Source of the DNA: Azolla caroliniana
Lineage: Eukaryota; Plantae; Polypodiophyta
Direction of reading: 5' to 3'
NCBI GenBank assembly: GCA_043228905.1
Contig: JBHGNT010000005.1
Location: 23,250,001 to 23,314,000, forward strand
Length of the DNA: 64,000 bases
This document shows positions 1 through 11,720 of this stretch, one piece after another; positions within the stretch are counted from its first letter, which is position 1, and each line of letters opens with the position of its first letter. A program made the position numbers and the translations under genes. The notes under the pieces were generated by a model that was not told where the DNA came from, made no database searches, and was given only the letters and a program-made list of their open reading frames with translations.

Positions 1-96
1 TACATGGTACAACCACCCGGCTTCGAATCCAACAACCATCCAAAAGTAGTCTACCGACTAAAGAAGCCACTCTATGGCTTTGAGAAGGCACCACGT
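1..96 (+). pseudogene. Ty1/Copia reverse transcriptase remnant (5' part, interrupted by the Gypsy insertion)
   Basis: Reads ...YRLKKPLYGFEKAPR and continues after 7104 as AWHSKITQYL, the Copia RT 'LKKSLYGLKQAPRAW' motif split at the ACGT target site. Confidence 0.85.
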
Positions 97-153
97 TGTC
101 GAGGTATTCCTCGCGGATGCGTGGAGTGAGGCGGGACCTCAGGGGCCCTGTAC

Positions 154-191
<38 letters not shown>

Positions 192-746
192 CACTACGTG
201 CGAGCGTAGATTCACAGGGACACGGCCCTTCGACGCAAAGACGCGAGTGGGACAGCGACACAGAAAGACACGAAAGTATGTATGTATTGACAAGACAAAC
301 AACAAGAACACGAAGACAACAAAACACGAAGTCGGTTACAGCCGAACAGGCCGGCGAACAGATGCCGATACCTGCTCGTAAACGCACAGAGGGGAATGAG
401 TAGGTTGGAGGTGCTACCGGAAGCACTCGGGCATTCCTCAGAGCAGCGCGGGCCTCCCGAAACCTGCACAGAAGGAAGCTATGGCGTTTGCAACCGGAAA
501 GAGAGAGAGAGAGAGAGAAGCCTTCGCGCGCAAACCGACAGCACTTCGTCCTCGACTCTCCGCGATCCCCTTACTCTCCTCGTCTCCCTCCTTTTATAGG
601 CAAGGAAGGAGCCGTTTCCCCTTTACTCCCTACCTACCGAATCTACCTAGGATCTCCTATATACAACTTAAGGCGCACGTGCATGAAGAGTCGGTTTCCA
701 TGCTCCGGTACACCGATTCCGCCTGTGGACGGTTTTCTTCACGACA
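97..746 (-). repeat. 3' LTR of Gypsy A (650 bp)
   Basis: Differs from 6453-7100 by about 3 transitions and one GA unit of a microsatellite. Purine-rich PPT (GGTTAGGTGGGGGCGGA on minus) adjoins it at 747-763. Confidence 0.95.
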
Positions 747-819
747 TCCGCCCCCACCTAACCACGCATCCACCGGCATGCGCCAAATTGGGTTGGGACG
801 GAGAAAACCGGTCCAGCCT

Positions 820-3800
820 TTATTCCCCGCCCGTCGGTTCTTCCTCGATTTCGGATCGCTCGTCGTCGCGGTCCAAGTCAACCTGATCCGGCTCGTCGTC
901 GTGACGCTTCTTGAACGTCTTGATCCGCTTCCCAGCTACCGGTATCGTCATTCTCGTACCGTCAAGTTCCGCCAGATGGTACGTCCCGTTGTCGTTGGCG
1001 CTTTGTACCACGTAAGGCCCGAACCACCTTCTTGCGAACTTCCGTGTCGCTCGGTGCTGGTTGTCGAGGCCGCTGTCGTAGACTAGCACCCAGTCGCCTT
1101 CCTCGATCTTCTTCGGTCGGAGCCGGTGTGTTCGGTCGAACCGGGCTTTGTTCCTCATCCTTGCTTCCTGAAGCTTTTCCGCAGCCTGCTCCACGTCCTC
1201 CGGTCTCCGCTCGAGCTGTCGTATGCGCGCCGTCAACAGTTCCTCCCGGCTCATCTCGTCTCTCCAGTCCACGGTTGCCCATGAGGAGACCGTACGTTCG
1301 ATCGGCATGATCGGCTTCTGCCCAAACATGAGCTCTGCCGGCATGAATCCGGTTACCGAACTGTGCGTAGTCCGGTCAGCCCACAACACGTAAGGCAGTA
1401 GCCGCGGCCAGTTCCCGACTCGACCTCCGCAAGCCCGAACTAACGCCTTGACGATCGGTCCGTGTCCGCGCTCCACCTTTCCATTCGCCTCCGGATTGTA
1501 CGCAGTGGTAAGCGAGAGCTTGACTCCTAGCCGGTCGAACAGCTCCTCGGCCTCTTCGGCGTCCAACTCCCCGCGATCAGCCACGATCTTCCCGACGCAC
1601 CTGTACCGGCATATTACGTCCTCGAGCAGGAACCGACATACGGCTGCAGTCGTTTTGTTCTGAAGGGCCCGACCTTCCACCTGGTTCATTAGATCTTCCC
1701 GAGCCAGGACCAGATACCGCATCTGTCCTACTCCTATCGGCATCGTTACCAGGTCTACCATCCATTTGAAGTGGATGGTCGGAGGGTACGTAGGGTGAAG
1801 TTCGTCCCGGTGTCGGACTATGGAGTGCATCTGACAGCTCTCGCAAGTTGTCACGAATCGATGCACGTCCCCCTACAGTCCCGGCCACCAGTACTTCCCC
1901 TTTATCTTCTCGAACGTGGCCCAGGTTCCACGGTGTCCGGCCCAAGGGCTGTCGTGGTAGGTCGTTAGCAGCTCCTCCTGTTCTTCCTTCATCGCCACCA
2001 CCCAGAGCGGAGGCCGTCCCTCTTCTTCGGGTGCTTCCATAAGTATCCGTCCCGGAGAAAGAATCGGTAAGCTTTCTTCCGGATCCGGTTGGCCTCGTCC
2101 TTCGTCCATGACGCATCCGGCGTCATTGTCCTCAAGAATCCACCGATCTGGAGCCACTCGCCGTCGTACTTGCTCTCGTCGAAGTCGTTAAGTGCCAGAG
2201 TGCTCATCCCATCGGTCGTCACGTACGCCGCCTCGAAGAAGTCCACGCCGACTTCTTCGTCCTCCGAAACCATGCCGCCCTCGTCATCAAACCTCGCCCT
2301 CGAAAGCATGTCGGCCATGGCGTTGTCCTTTCCGGAAATGTGTCGTATCTCCGGGTCCAGGGACTTGATGTACGCTATCCACCTGAGCATCGCCAGGTCC
2401 GGTGTCGCGCATCCGGAAACCATGCCGAGAATTGGCAGGCAATCCGTCTCGATAATCACTTCTGCCCCGATCAGGTAGTCTTTGTCGGCCTTTACGGCCG
2501 AAACGATACCCCAGAGTTCACGTTTAACCTGGGCGTACCCTCGCTGTCGCTCACTGAGGACCTTTGCGCCGAATCGGATCGGGAACCGAATGTCGTCCTC
2601 GTCTTCTTGGTTGACGACCCATCCGATCCCGGTCGGACTCGTATCCACCGTTATGTATACCGGGGTACCCTTCCCGTAGACAGCCTTCCGGAGCGCCGGT
2701 GCTGCCGCAAGAGCTTCCTTCAGCTTCCGGACCGACTCCGTATGCTCGTCTCGCCATTCGAATTTTTGCCCTTTCTTCAGCAACCCGTATAGCGGCTCCG
2801 CAACGTGGGCGTAATGCGGGATCCATATGTGGTAGAATGCGCATGCCCCCAGGAACCTCCGAACTTCCGTAACCGAGCTACAGTCGGTCTTCATCGCGGA
2901 GATGGCTTCTACCTTTGCCGGAGACGGCTTCCGACCATAAGGTCCACATAGGTGTCCGACCACCAAGATTTCCGATTGCCCGAAGGCCGATTTCTCCCCG
3001 GAGAAGGTGAGCCTCGCATCCTCCAGCCTCTGTAGCACCTTCTCGCAGTCGTCGATGTGTGTCGCCACGAATCGCCGGCATCCGTCCGGCCCGACTGTCT
3101 CGTCCTTCTCCTCCACCGGGCACCCTTTGATGGGGATGTCGTCTAGAAACGGCATGGTGATGTCCGGGATGCAATCCCTCAGTACTTTGTTCATTGCATT
3201 CACCATGTGGGCCACCGAGTTGGTCCCTCCTTGTGGCAGGGTACACATTCGCACCAGGCCGAGGGGAGTTCGCATTGTCGTAATGTCTCTACTCTCCACG
3301 GCTAGCTGGAACTGGTCGTACCCCGAGTGCAGATCACCGACCGAGTAAATCGACCTTCCGGCGAAGGCCTCCGCGAACTCGTCTATGGTCGGTCCGATTC
3401 CCGCGTTCCGATGGTCACTCTGTTGACCGGCTACAGGTCCTGAATGAAGCGCAATGTTCCGTTTTTCTTTGGTACGGTGAACCATCGGTTCGAGTATGGC
3501 GCGCTCGACGGTTCGAGAATACCCATATCGACTTTCTGCCTCAATAGCTCCATCAACTTCGGGATGTGAGCTCTCGGTACTGGAATCGGCTTGAGATTCC
3601 ACGGTACATGCGGTATCGTGAATATCACCATCGGCTCCACGATAGTCGGGTCTACGCACCCGATCTCTTCCGGTGAGAATGCAAAGGCTTTCCCGTGCCT
3701 TCCGAGCATTCTCCGAAACCGGTCTTCCTCCGCCGGCAGTAGGAACCCGCCCCCACCGATTTTGAGCTCCCGGAGCGTTCCGTCGGTGAAGGCGTGTCCT

Positions 3801-4291
3801 ATGCAGGCCGGATCTCGTAAACTGGGGTCCGACGCCACCCCTCTGATTCGGGACTCGCTGCCCTTCGGCAAGGGTGCCGCGACTGGCCTTACCTTCCAGT
3901 CCACAGTCTTGTACCTCGTGCTAACTCGGGCCGTCCGATCCGACCCGAGCCCCCGACTGAAGTTCGCAATGACTTCGTACATCTCTTCGGAACATACCGG
4001 TATCGTCCGGTCTTCGTTAAGGTCTTCTCCGGCAACCTTCCTCAGCATCCCTAAGGTGTCGTCGAAGGAGACCGCCTCCACGGCTCCGCTGATTTCCTCG
4101 TCCGGGCCGAGAACTCCGCACGCTCGAAGTCGCTCTTCCGCCCTTGTCTTTTCTCGGCCAACGATGCCGACCATCATACACCCTCCGTTGTCGGAGAAGC
4201 AAAATCCCCTACCTATCGTACAGTCGTGGGGTCTTTTCCGAGTGTCCGGGCTGTCTCGGCCCCACGCCTTGGCAGCCCTCTCTAAAAATCC
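820..4291 (-). pseudogene. pol: Gypsy pol (RT-RNaseH-integrase) with a nonsense codon and about 3 small frameshifts
   Basis: RT (DLHSGYDQF, LPQG, FLDD), RNase H (VDTS, KREL, ETDC, ADMLSR), integrase (HRG..CESC, VDLV, ADRG, GKVER, WFGPY). Lesions near 3431 (TAG), ~3410, ~2015 and ~1870. No chromodomain after GPY/F. Confidence 0.9.
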
Positions 4292-5307
4292 TCCCGGCTC
4301 TCGCCACCGAGAGATTCGCGGTTTCTCTCGTGGTTCGGCCGCACCGTCAAAAATTGCACCGAACGGTGCCCGTCCTGGCTTTTGACCCTCGCGTAGGCCG
4401 AACCGTTGTCCAGCACCTTGGTCTCCATTCTCGCCGCCGTGATGTATGGTTCTCCTAATATGACCGGATGCGAGGATGTCTCCTGTACGAAGAAGTGTTG
4501 GTCAATCTCGACGTCGCCGATCTTTACTCGCACATTCGGGCAGGCCCCGTGCAGTTCCTCGGTGGCGCGCGTCGCCGCCCGTATCTTCCACCCGTGCCTG
4601 GTGTTGATCGGCCACTTTCCCTTCTTATAGAAGTCCATGGACATTAGGTTTATTTCCGAACCGTGGTCCACCAACGCCACCACCGGTTCCTGAACATCTC
4701 CGATCTTTACCAGGGTCTCCGTGGTCGCTCGGGCCCAGTGTGGCCTCGAATAGTGGCTCTCCGCCCACTCATCTTCCAGCGCCGAGTCGTCGATGTGCGT
4801 CGTCCGCACCTCCACCGGTCTTTCTGGTTCCGTCTCCGTCGACAGTCTCTTCCGTTTCACCAAGTCTACAATGGAGTCGTGGAACTCCTTCTTGGCGATC
4901 CCTAGCACCTCCCGTAATGACAGCTCCACTTTGCTGTCGAGGATCCGTTCTTCTAGGACCTTTCGTAGGTCCGTAGCCCTTTCTATTTCTGTCCCCAGTC
5001 GGTACCCGCCCTTCCTGGGGTTATCTTGCGGGCCGGGCCCACCGGCATCGTTTCGTCGTTGTCCGAATCGGGTCTCGTACCGTTGTGAGGGCCCAGTCGC
5101 TCCGGCTTTCCCCACTCGATTCTCTTCTGCCAGAGCCTCGTAGTTCCAGCAAGCGGCTTCTACGAAGCCTGTCTTTTCCTCGACCGGATCGCTCCACCCG
5201 GTTATTTCCCGGACCCGTCTCTCAGCGCGGTCCGTTTCATCTTTCATCAGCCGCGCGCCGGTGAGGCCTTCCAGCATTGCCGACCAGAAACCGTCTTTAC
5301 TTTCCTT
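4282..5307 (-). CDS. Gypsy aspartic protease region (in-frame continuation of Gag)
   Basis: ALVDHGSEIN active-site motif and ILGEP flap motif; ends ...ESREDF* at a G_GAT_TTT slippery site. Confidence 0.85.
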   Translation of the reverse strand, partial: KESKDGFWSAMLEGLTGARLMKDETDRAERRVREITGWSDPVEEKTGFVEAACWNYEALAEENRVGKAGATGPSQRYETRFGQRRNDAGGPGPQDNPRKGGYRLGTEIERATDLRKVLEERILDSKVELSLREVLGIAKKEFHDSIVDLVKRKRLSTETEPERPVEVRTTHIDDSALEDEWAESHYSRPHWARATTETLVKIGDVQEPVVALVDHGSEINLMSMDFYKKGKWPINTRHGWKIRAATRATEELHGACPNVRVKIGDVEIDQHFFVQETSSHPVILGEPYITAARMETKVLDNGSAYARVKSQDGHRSVQFLTVRPNHERNRESLGGESREDF

Positions 5308-6408
5308 TCAGGCCTCGCTGCCCCCGACCTGAATACCGGCTGACGCCGAGTAGTGGATGGCCTCCACGTGTCGGGCCGCTGCCTCTTCCATCAGTCTCTT
5401 CATACCTCCTCGCCCGTCGTTTCGGCTCAGGGCCCTCCTGGTGTCGCCAACGTGCACCCGGCCTTCCCACAGGTACACCACCCGGTTTCTCAACGCCTCT
5501 GCGAAATCGCCGCAGTCCTTCCGAATGTGGCCGACCTCGTCGCACCACATGCACCTGTTCCCTGCTGCCGGCCGTCGGTCACGAGCCGGTTCGCCGCCTT
5601 CCCTTCGAGTCTGGGCGATCTGGAGATCCTTTATCGCCCGCGTCAACTCCTCTAGCGCGGCTCCTCCGGGCGAGCCATTGACCATGCTGGTCGAAGCTGG
5701 ACCGGTCTCGAGCCATTCCCGGGTTTCTTCCCTTCGCACTTGCGGTGCCGGTTCAAGCCTCCTTGCTGTAACAGAGCCCGCACCTGCCGCCCCGTTGTCA
5801 GCCCATTCTCGCCGTTTGTCGAAACGGCCACAGACTCTCTTAACCGCAGCCCAGTCGGTTGTCAGCCCGTCTTCAGTTTCCAGCAAGGAGCCGACTTGAT
5901 CCCGGTCCCGCTCATCCACCGACTTGACAAACAGTAGGACCCGGCTCGTATCCAGAATGGTTCGGTCAAGCGCCGAAAGGCACGCAAAGCGTTCTTCGAA
6001 CTCCCGGAGGAGTGCCGACGCGTTTCTTCCTTTGCCGGGGGACTCCACCCATTCCATGAAGTCCCGTTTCGAAAGCCGGAGCGCGTCGTCCAGCCCATAT
6101 TTCTCTAGGAGTCGGCCTTCGAACTCCTCCCAGGTACGGCTCTCCGCCCGTACCTCGAGCACCTCCGCATGGATGCTCGGCATCGCCACTCGAGGGAACC
6201 CGGCAAGACGCCTCTCTTCCGGAATGTCCCGCATCAGCATTTCCGCCCCGTAGGACGCCAAATACTTCGTAGCATCCTTTCCGCTGGAACGGCCGATCGT
6301 ACCGACGACCGCCTCAATGGCTCTGTCGAGGGCACCGGTGCCCTCGCGTGTGCTCAATATCCGATCCACGGCCGAAGCCATGGCCTCTGCAAGATCCGAC
6401 CCCCTCAT
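5308..6408 (-). CDS. gag: Gypsy Gag (zinc knuckle CMWCDEVGHIRKDC)
   Basis: ATG at 6408 just downstream of the PBS; CX2CX4HX4C knuckle. Ends at a TGA that is in frame with the protease ORF (probably CGA>TGA). Confidence 0.85.
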   Translation of the reverse strand: MRGSDLAEAMASAVDRILSTREGTGALDRAIEAVVGTIGRSSGKDATKYLASYGAEMLMRDIPEERRLAGFPRVAMPSIHAEVLEVRAESRTWEEFEGRLLEKYGLDDALRLSKRDFMEWVESPGKGRNASALLREFEERFACLSALDRTILDTSRVLLFVKSVDERDRDQVGSLLETEDGLTTDWAAVKRVCGRFDKRREWADNGAAGAGSVTARRLEPAPQVRREETREWLETGPASTSMVNGSPGGAALEELTRAIKDLQIAQTRREGGEPARDRRPAAGNRCMWCDEVGHIRKDCGDFAEALRNRVVYLWEGRVHVGDTRRALSRNDGRGGMKRLMEEAAARHVEAIHYSASAGIQVGGSEA

Positions 6409-6430
6409 CTTCTGCTCTTCTGCCGCCTCT

Positions 6431-6448
6431 TTCACGTCGGGTTCACCA
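6431..6448 (-). promoter_or_regulatory. Primer binding site complementary to the tRNA-Trp 3' end
   Basis: Plus strand reads TTCACGTCGGGTTCACCA, the 3' 18 nt (incl. CCA) of plant cytosolic tRNA-Trp as I recall it. The same 18-mer occurs at 19738-19755. Confidence 0.85.
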
Positions 6449-6452
6449 AATA

Positions 6453-6509
6453 TGTCGAGGTATTCCTCGCGGATGCGTGGAGTGAGGCGGGACCTCGGGG
6501 GCCCTGTAC

Positions 6510-6545
<36 letters not shown>

Positions 6546-7100
6546 CACTACGTGCGAGCGTAGATTCACAGGGACACGGCCCTTCGACGCAAAGACGCGA
6601 GTGGGACAGCGACACAGAAAGACACGAAAGTATGTATGTATTGACAAGACAAACAACAAGAACACGAAGACAACAAAACACGAAGTCGGTTACAGCCGAA
6701 CAGGCCGGCGAACAGATGCCGATACCTGCTCGTAAACGCACAGAGGGGAATGAGTAGGTTGGAGGTGCTACCGGAAGCACTCGGGCATTCCTCAGAGCAG
6801 CGCGGGCCTCCCGAAACCTGCACAGAAGGAAGCTATGGCGTTTGCAACCGGAAAGAGAGAGAGAGAGAGAGAAGCCTTCGCGCGCAAACCGACAGCACTT
6901 CGTCCTCGACTCTCCGCGATCCCCTTACTCTCCTCGTCTCCCTCCTTTTATAGGCAAGGAAGGAGCCGTTTCCCCTTTACTCCCTACCTACCGAATCTAC
7001 CTAGGATCTCCTATGTACAACTTAAGGCGCACGTGCATGAAGAGTCGGTTTCCACGCTCCGGTACACCGATTCCGCCTGTGGACGGTTTTCTTCACGACA
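6453..7100 (-). repeat. 5' LTR of Gypsy A (648 bp)
   Basis: Direct repeat of 97-746; followed on the minus strand by the PBS. Confidence 0.95.
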
Positions 7101-7104
7101 ACGT

Positions 7105-8182
7105 GCTTGGCATTCGAAGATAACACAATATCTTCATCGAATCAACTTGAGAATATCAAAATCTAACAACTCTCTCTATGTAAAAAGCAATTCCGAAAGT
7201 CTGATTTTCATCATCCTATATGTGGATGATCTAGTCATTGGAGGTGAGCATCTAGTTGACATCAACAAGGTCAAATCCCTCCTTTCTAGAAAATTCAAGA
7301 TGACAGATATGAAAGAGCTCCATTACTTCCTTGGCATCGAGGTAATTCGGATTCCAACCGGCATTATGCTCTTCCAACAACACTACATCCTCAACTTATT
7401 ATATAAGTTCGGGATGACTGAGTGCAAATCAATGGCAACCCCTCTCTATTGAAACCTCAAACTGGATGTCGACTCTAGCCCCACAGAGTGTGAGCCGACC
7501 CACTATCAACAACTCGTTGGTAGTCTTATCAACCTCACGAGCACACATCCCAACCTCAGCTATTCGGTTGGCCTCCTTAGCCAATTCATGCAAAATTCAC
7601 AAGATATTCATTTAGATTGTGTTACGTGAGTGTTACAATACGTGAGTGGAACGATGGACTACGGAATTCTCTATAAATCAGCCACCCAATTCGAATTGAA
7701 TGATATATGGATGCCAATTGGGCAAGCTACAGAGCCGACTGATGATCGACCTCAAGATTCATCTCCTCTCTCGAAAGTGGAGCCATCTCTTGGAGTAGCA
7801 AGAAGCAGCCAAGCGTTGCACTTTTGAGCACAATGGTCGAATACAAGGGCACGATAGTGGCTGCGTGTGAAGCCATATGGCTCAACAGGATACTTAAGGA
7901 TATAGACATCTCCATCAACAATCCAATCTTGTTGTACTGTGACAATCTTAGTAGTATCCATCTTGCTCGAAACCCCATCTTCTATGCTCGAATAAAGCAT
8001 TCTGAAATGCACTATCACTTCGTCTAAGAACGTGTCCTTGTTGGGGATGTCGACCTTCAGCACACCAACATCAATCTTCAAACTGCCGACATCTTCATGA
8101 AGGCTTTAGGGACCGACAAGCTTCAACAATTTTCTACCGAGCTTGGTTTTTTGACCTACACCTTGCCAAGCTTGAGGGGGAG
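7105..8182 (+). pseudogene. Decayed Copia RT/RNase H (3' part of the host element) with PPT
   Basis: ILYVDDLVI, YFLGIEV, LYCDNLSSIHLARNP, QTADI motifs with stops. PPT TTGAGGGGGAG at 8172-8182 is followed by TG (3' LTR start, ~8183-8496). Confidence 0.9.
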
Positions 8183-8689
8183 TGATAGTCGGTCAAACAA
8201 CTAACTCTCCAACATTAACTATGTGTCATAGAATCATATTTTATGACACATAACTAATGAGGTTCCACATTCCCCATGACACATGAGCTTCAATGAGAGA
8301 ATGTAGAGAGAGGGTGACTTTATATAAAGCACCTCGCTCCCTCTTTTGTACTTGGTTGTTTTCTATTGTATTTCTTATTCCTTGTTAATATACATTTGAG
8401 TCTTTTTATTTTCGCATCTATCTTGTATCTCTCCTCTCCTCTTTCACACACACATAACACACATCTCTAATCTATTCACTCTAGCTAAATATTTACACAT
8501 AATATGAATCATGCATACCATACGTGCATTCACATTCGAGTACATTTCTATCATTCAAGTATGGTAAACACCCTCGAAGTATGGTAAATACCATACTTTT
8601 GTATTTAGTATTTTTATGGTAAAAAACTGAGAAAAAAATTTTAAATGTAAAAAAGAAAACATAACCTTCAGCACACCGTACGGCTTTGA

Positions 8690-9512
8690 TGGCAAAAGGT
8701 ACCAATCTTTTTAGATAGAAGATTGCTGCATGTAATGGAATGGGTTCCGGTGGTGGATTATAAAGATTTATTAAAACAACAATGTCCAATTTGGGTGACC
8801 ATTGATTGTAGTAACTCATTCTTTTGGGATTTACTACTAGAATTGATGTCTCAAATTGGTAAAGTTTTGGTTGCTCCTGATGTTAATTAGTTGAGCAAAT
8901 GTAGATTTTGCATGTTATGGGATACAAGTTGTAAACTTCCAGGATGGTTGAGTATAGATACATCTTGATTTGGTTGATTTCGTTTTAAGCTTCAAGGGGA
9001 GACTTTTGTAGGACATTGTTTTAAATGTGGTAAATTGGGGCATTTTATGGCTGAATGCCAATATCATGGTCCACTATCCCCAGAAAATTATGTCAAAGGG
9101 AAAAATAAGGACTTACGTTGAGAAGGATATTGTCTCAATGGTTGATATGGTCATGGATGAGGGAACATCTCATGGGTTAAAGCAAGATCTGAAAGTTCAT
9201 GGTCATGTCAGAGGTGTTGGGGAGGAGAATGGAGTATGTATTAATGATGACCCAGATGTTGAAGATGGAGAATGGCATCAAGTGAAGCATAAGATAAAAG
9301 GAAAGGGTGTTGCCATACAAAGGGACACAAAAAATACTAACGACAAGGCATTACCAAAAGATAATTTGAGATTGAATGAGGACTTTAAGAAAAATCCTTG
9401 GCAAAATCAAGTGCAAAATCAAAGATTGTCAAACCAATTACAATTCGATTCTTCAGGAAGGGTAGTGCGACCTCAATTTAATCAAGGACTTTGTTCTCAT
9501 GGAGCTAGATAA
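8690..9512 (+). pseudogene. L1-type LINE ORF1 remnant (DUF4283-like plus zinc knuckle)
   Basis: Manual translation gives ...LHVMEWVP..CPIWVTI...IGKVLV...HCFKCGKLGHFMAEC (knuckle at ~9017-9058), with internal stops. Confidence 0.75.
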
Positions 9513-9934
9513 CAAAACCCTATTATTGGTGGCTCCAGGGGATGTAGTACACACGAATCCTTATGTAACTCTTGAACAAGTAGTTAGTACATGGGTTGAA
9601 GCATGCTACGGTGTACCAACTTTTGGCCAAAAATTTAGTACTAAATCGAGGAAGAAAATAAACATAAAAAATTGAAAATAAAACAATTAGTGCAGAAAAT
9701 AGTGGATTATCATCCATTGAATGAGGTTCAAATTCAAATAACAAATTCAATATGAATGTACAAAGATATTATACGTCACAATAGAAGTGTCCCAAGGCCG
9801 TATTTAATACATTAACTATAACTTCATTCTCCTAGGTAGAGTTGTACGAAAGCAAACCTGGAGAAGGTTTCGAATGTGTCAGTTGGTCAGTCTCAATCTC
9901 TCTCTGGTATGGGTAGTCGAACATGTCAGTTGGT

Positions 9935-9971
<37 letters not shown>

Positions 9972-10646
9972 GTCTCAAAGTTGTCAGTCAGACAGTGGCA
10001 GAAAGTTAGAAATCAAACACATATCTATTACCTATCTCTCTCTTTCTCTCTCTCACTCCACCCGCGATTCTTTGTTTCCTCGTGTAATTCTTGTTGTGTT
10101 CCCTCTGTGCCTAATTTTTGTTGTTGTTTCCCTACGATCTCTGAACTCTGTATATGCAAAGATTGTTGTTTCCCCTCTATGCTCGTTGTTCTTGTTGTTG
10201 ATGTGCTTTCTTTGTGTATGCTCGTTTGTCTCCTCTGCAGCAGCCTTGTCAACAACCTCTTGCATATAGGTGATTTTCTCGGCTTGGTGTGCTCCCAGGG
10301 TGAAGAAATCAACACGGTGTGGTACCTTTGCCTTGACCTTGGCTCCATCTACCTTCGACCCATCGTTCCATCTGCAACTTGTACGACCTCTAGGTATTCT
10401 CTCTGCTGCATTTTTAGGATTTGATTATTCATACTCTATGTGTTGCATGCCCAACTGGTATGTTTTCGTTTTCTTTGTGTTTCCCGACCGTCTGTTTTTA
10501 TTTTGTGTGTTTGACATGGATGAGTTTTTTTCCGACTGTTTAGGGTTTTTGTGTGTTTGACATGGCTTGTACATGCAACTTAGATTGAGTTGGCTATGAT
10601 GATTTGATGGTTGTTGATGGTATTTTGATGATTTTTCTTCTTCTAC

Positions 10647-11720
10647 ATGCATATTCTTTCAACAAGAGTAGTGAAGACTAGGACAATGACGAGAAGGACA
10701 CCCTTAAAGAAGACATTGGTGAAAGAGAAAGTGAAGACACCAGTGAAGGAAAGAAAAAGGACACCTATCAAAGAAAGCAAGAAGACACCCACAAGAGAAA
10801 GGGTGATGAACTCATCAACTCAGAGAAAGAAGATGTGCCACTCCATCCTTCGAGACACACCTCTCGGATGACGTTATTTCCTTCGAGCACGACCTGAAGT
10901 TTATGAAGAGGTGAGAGAGTGGTTGATAAAAACCTGGGGGTCACCACATCCCGATACAAGGCGAGGATTCCACATAAGTGGATTCAAGAAGGAATATGTG
11001 AACTTATTGAAGACGAGATATGAACATGTTTATGATACTAATCAAAATTATCTGTAATAATGAGGTGGGTACTATTTTTGCACGTGCATTTGCATGTGAA
11101 GTTCCGGGTGGCATCGACGTAGATTGGGAAGATTTTAATCGTCACTGATTAGAACATTATAAAGGGTCCTCTAGTACCAACACTGGCTTGAAGTCATCAA
11201 GAACCTCTCATGTGGATATTCCGGCTACAACACATGTCCACCAAGTTCAATCTGCAAAGCTACAGGCCACAATGATTGAAAAGCATGAACAGATGATGGC
11301 TGGTTGCATAGCCTCTATGAGCTCAAGAATACAAGCACTACTTGCTGATTTGGAAGCAGTTAAATCAATTGAGATACAGGCAAAAAAGAAATTCTCTTCA
11401 ATATAGACTACATATGAATGGATTGCATCAACAATCCAAAATTCAGAAAGTGAGGTGTTGAAAGAGGATTTGAAGAAAGACCTGAACAATATGGGCACTC
11501 AATTAGGATCACAGATGAGAGACCTTGATACTTGCATAATTGCACATTGCGAACTAGATAATAAGTTGTCAGCTTTAAAGTTGCATTCCGAGAACCTTGC
11601 ATGCTTGATGCAGGATTTAAAACGAAAAGGTTTTGAAACTTTGTGTCCATCTCTTATTGAGCACCCAAGTGGTATGGAAAGTACCATTACTAGTATAGCT
11701 ATATCACGGTATTGGCTTTA
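10647..11720 (+). pseudogene. Degraded ORF of unknown function (acidic N-terminal part, FARAFACE..VDWEDF segment, coiled-coil C-terminal part)
   Basis: Fragmented coding-like sequence preceded by a CT-rich, UTR/intron-like region (9874-10640). No family recognised. Confidence 0.35.

Larger units (their letters stand above)
97..7100 (-). mobile_element. Full-length young Ty3/Gypsy LTR retrotransposon (non-chromovirus, bryophyte Phygy-like lineage inferred)
   Basis: Near-identical LTRs at 97-746 and 6453-7100 (TGTCG...CGACA); 4-bp TSD ACGT (93-96, 7101-7104); PBS; PPT; gag-PR-RT-RH-IN order on the minus strand. Confidence 0.97.

Noticed and set aside
820-960. Chromodomain at the end of Gypsy integrase
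   Set aside because: Only a GPY/F module and a short acidic tail follow; no chromodomain residues are seen.
6409-6780. N-terminal extension of the 490-aa ORF through the LTR
   Set aside because: It runs through a GA microsatellite whose length differs between the LTRs, shifting the frame in the other copy; the real Gag start is more likely the ATG at 6408.
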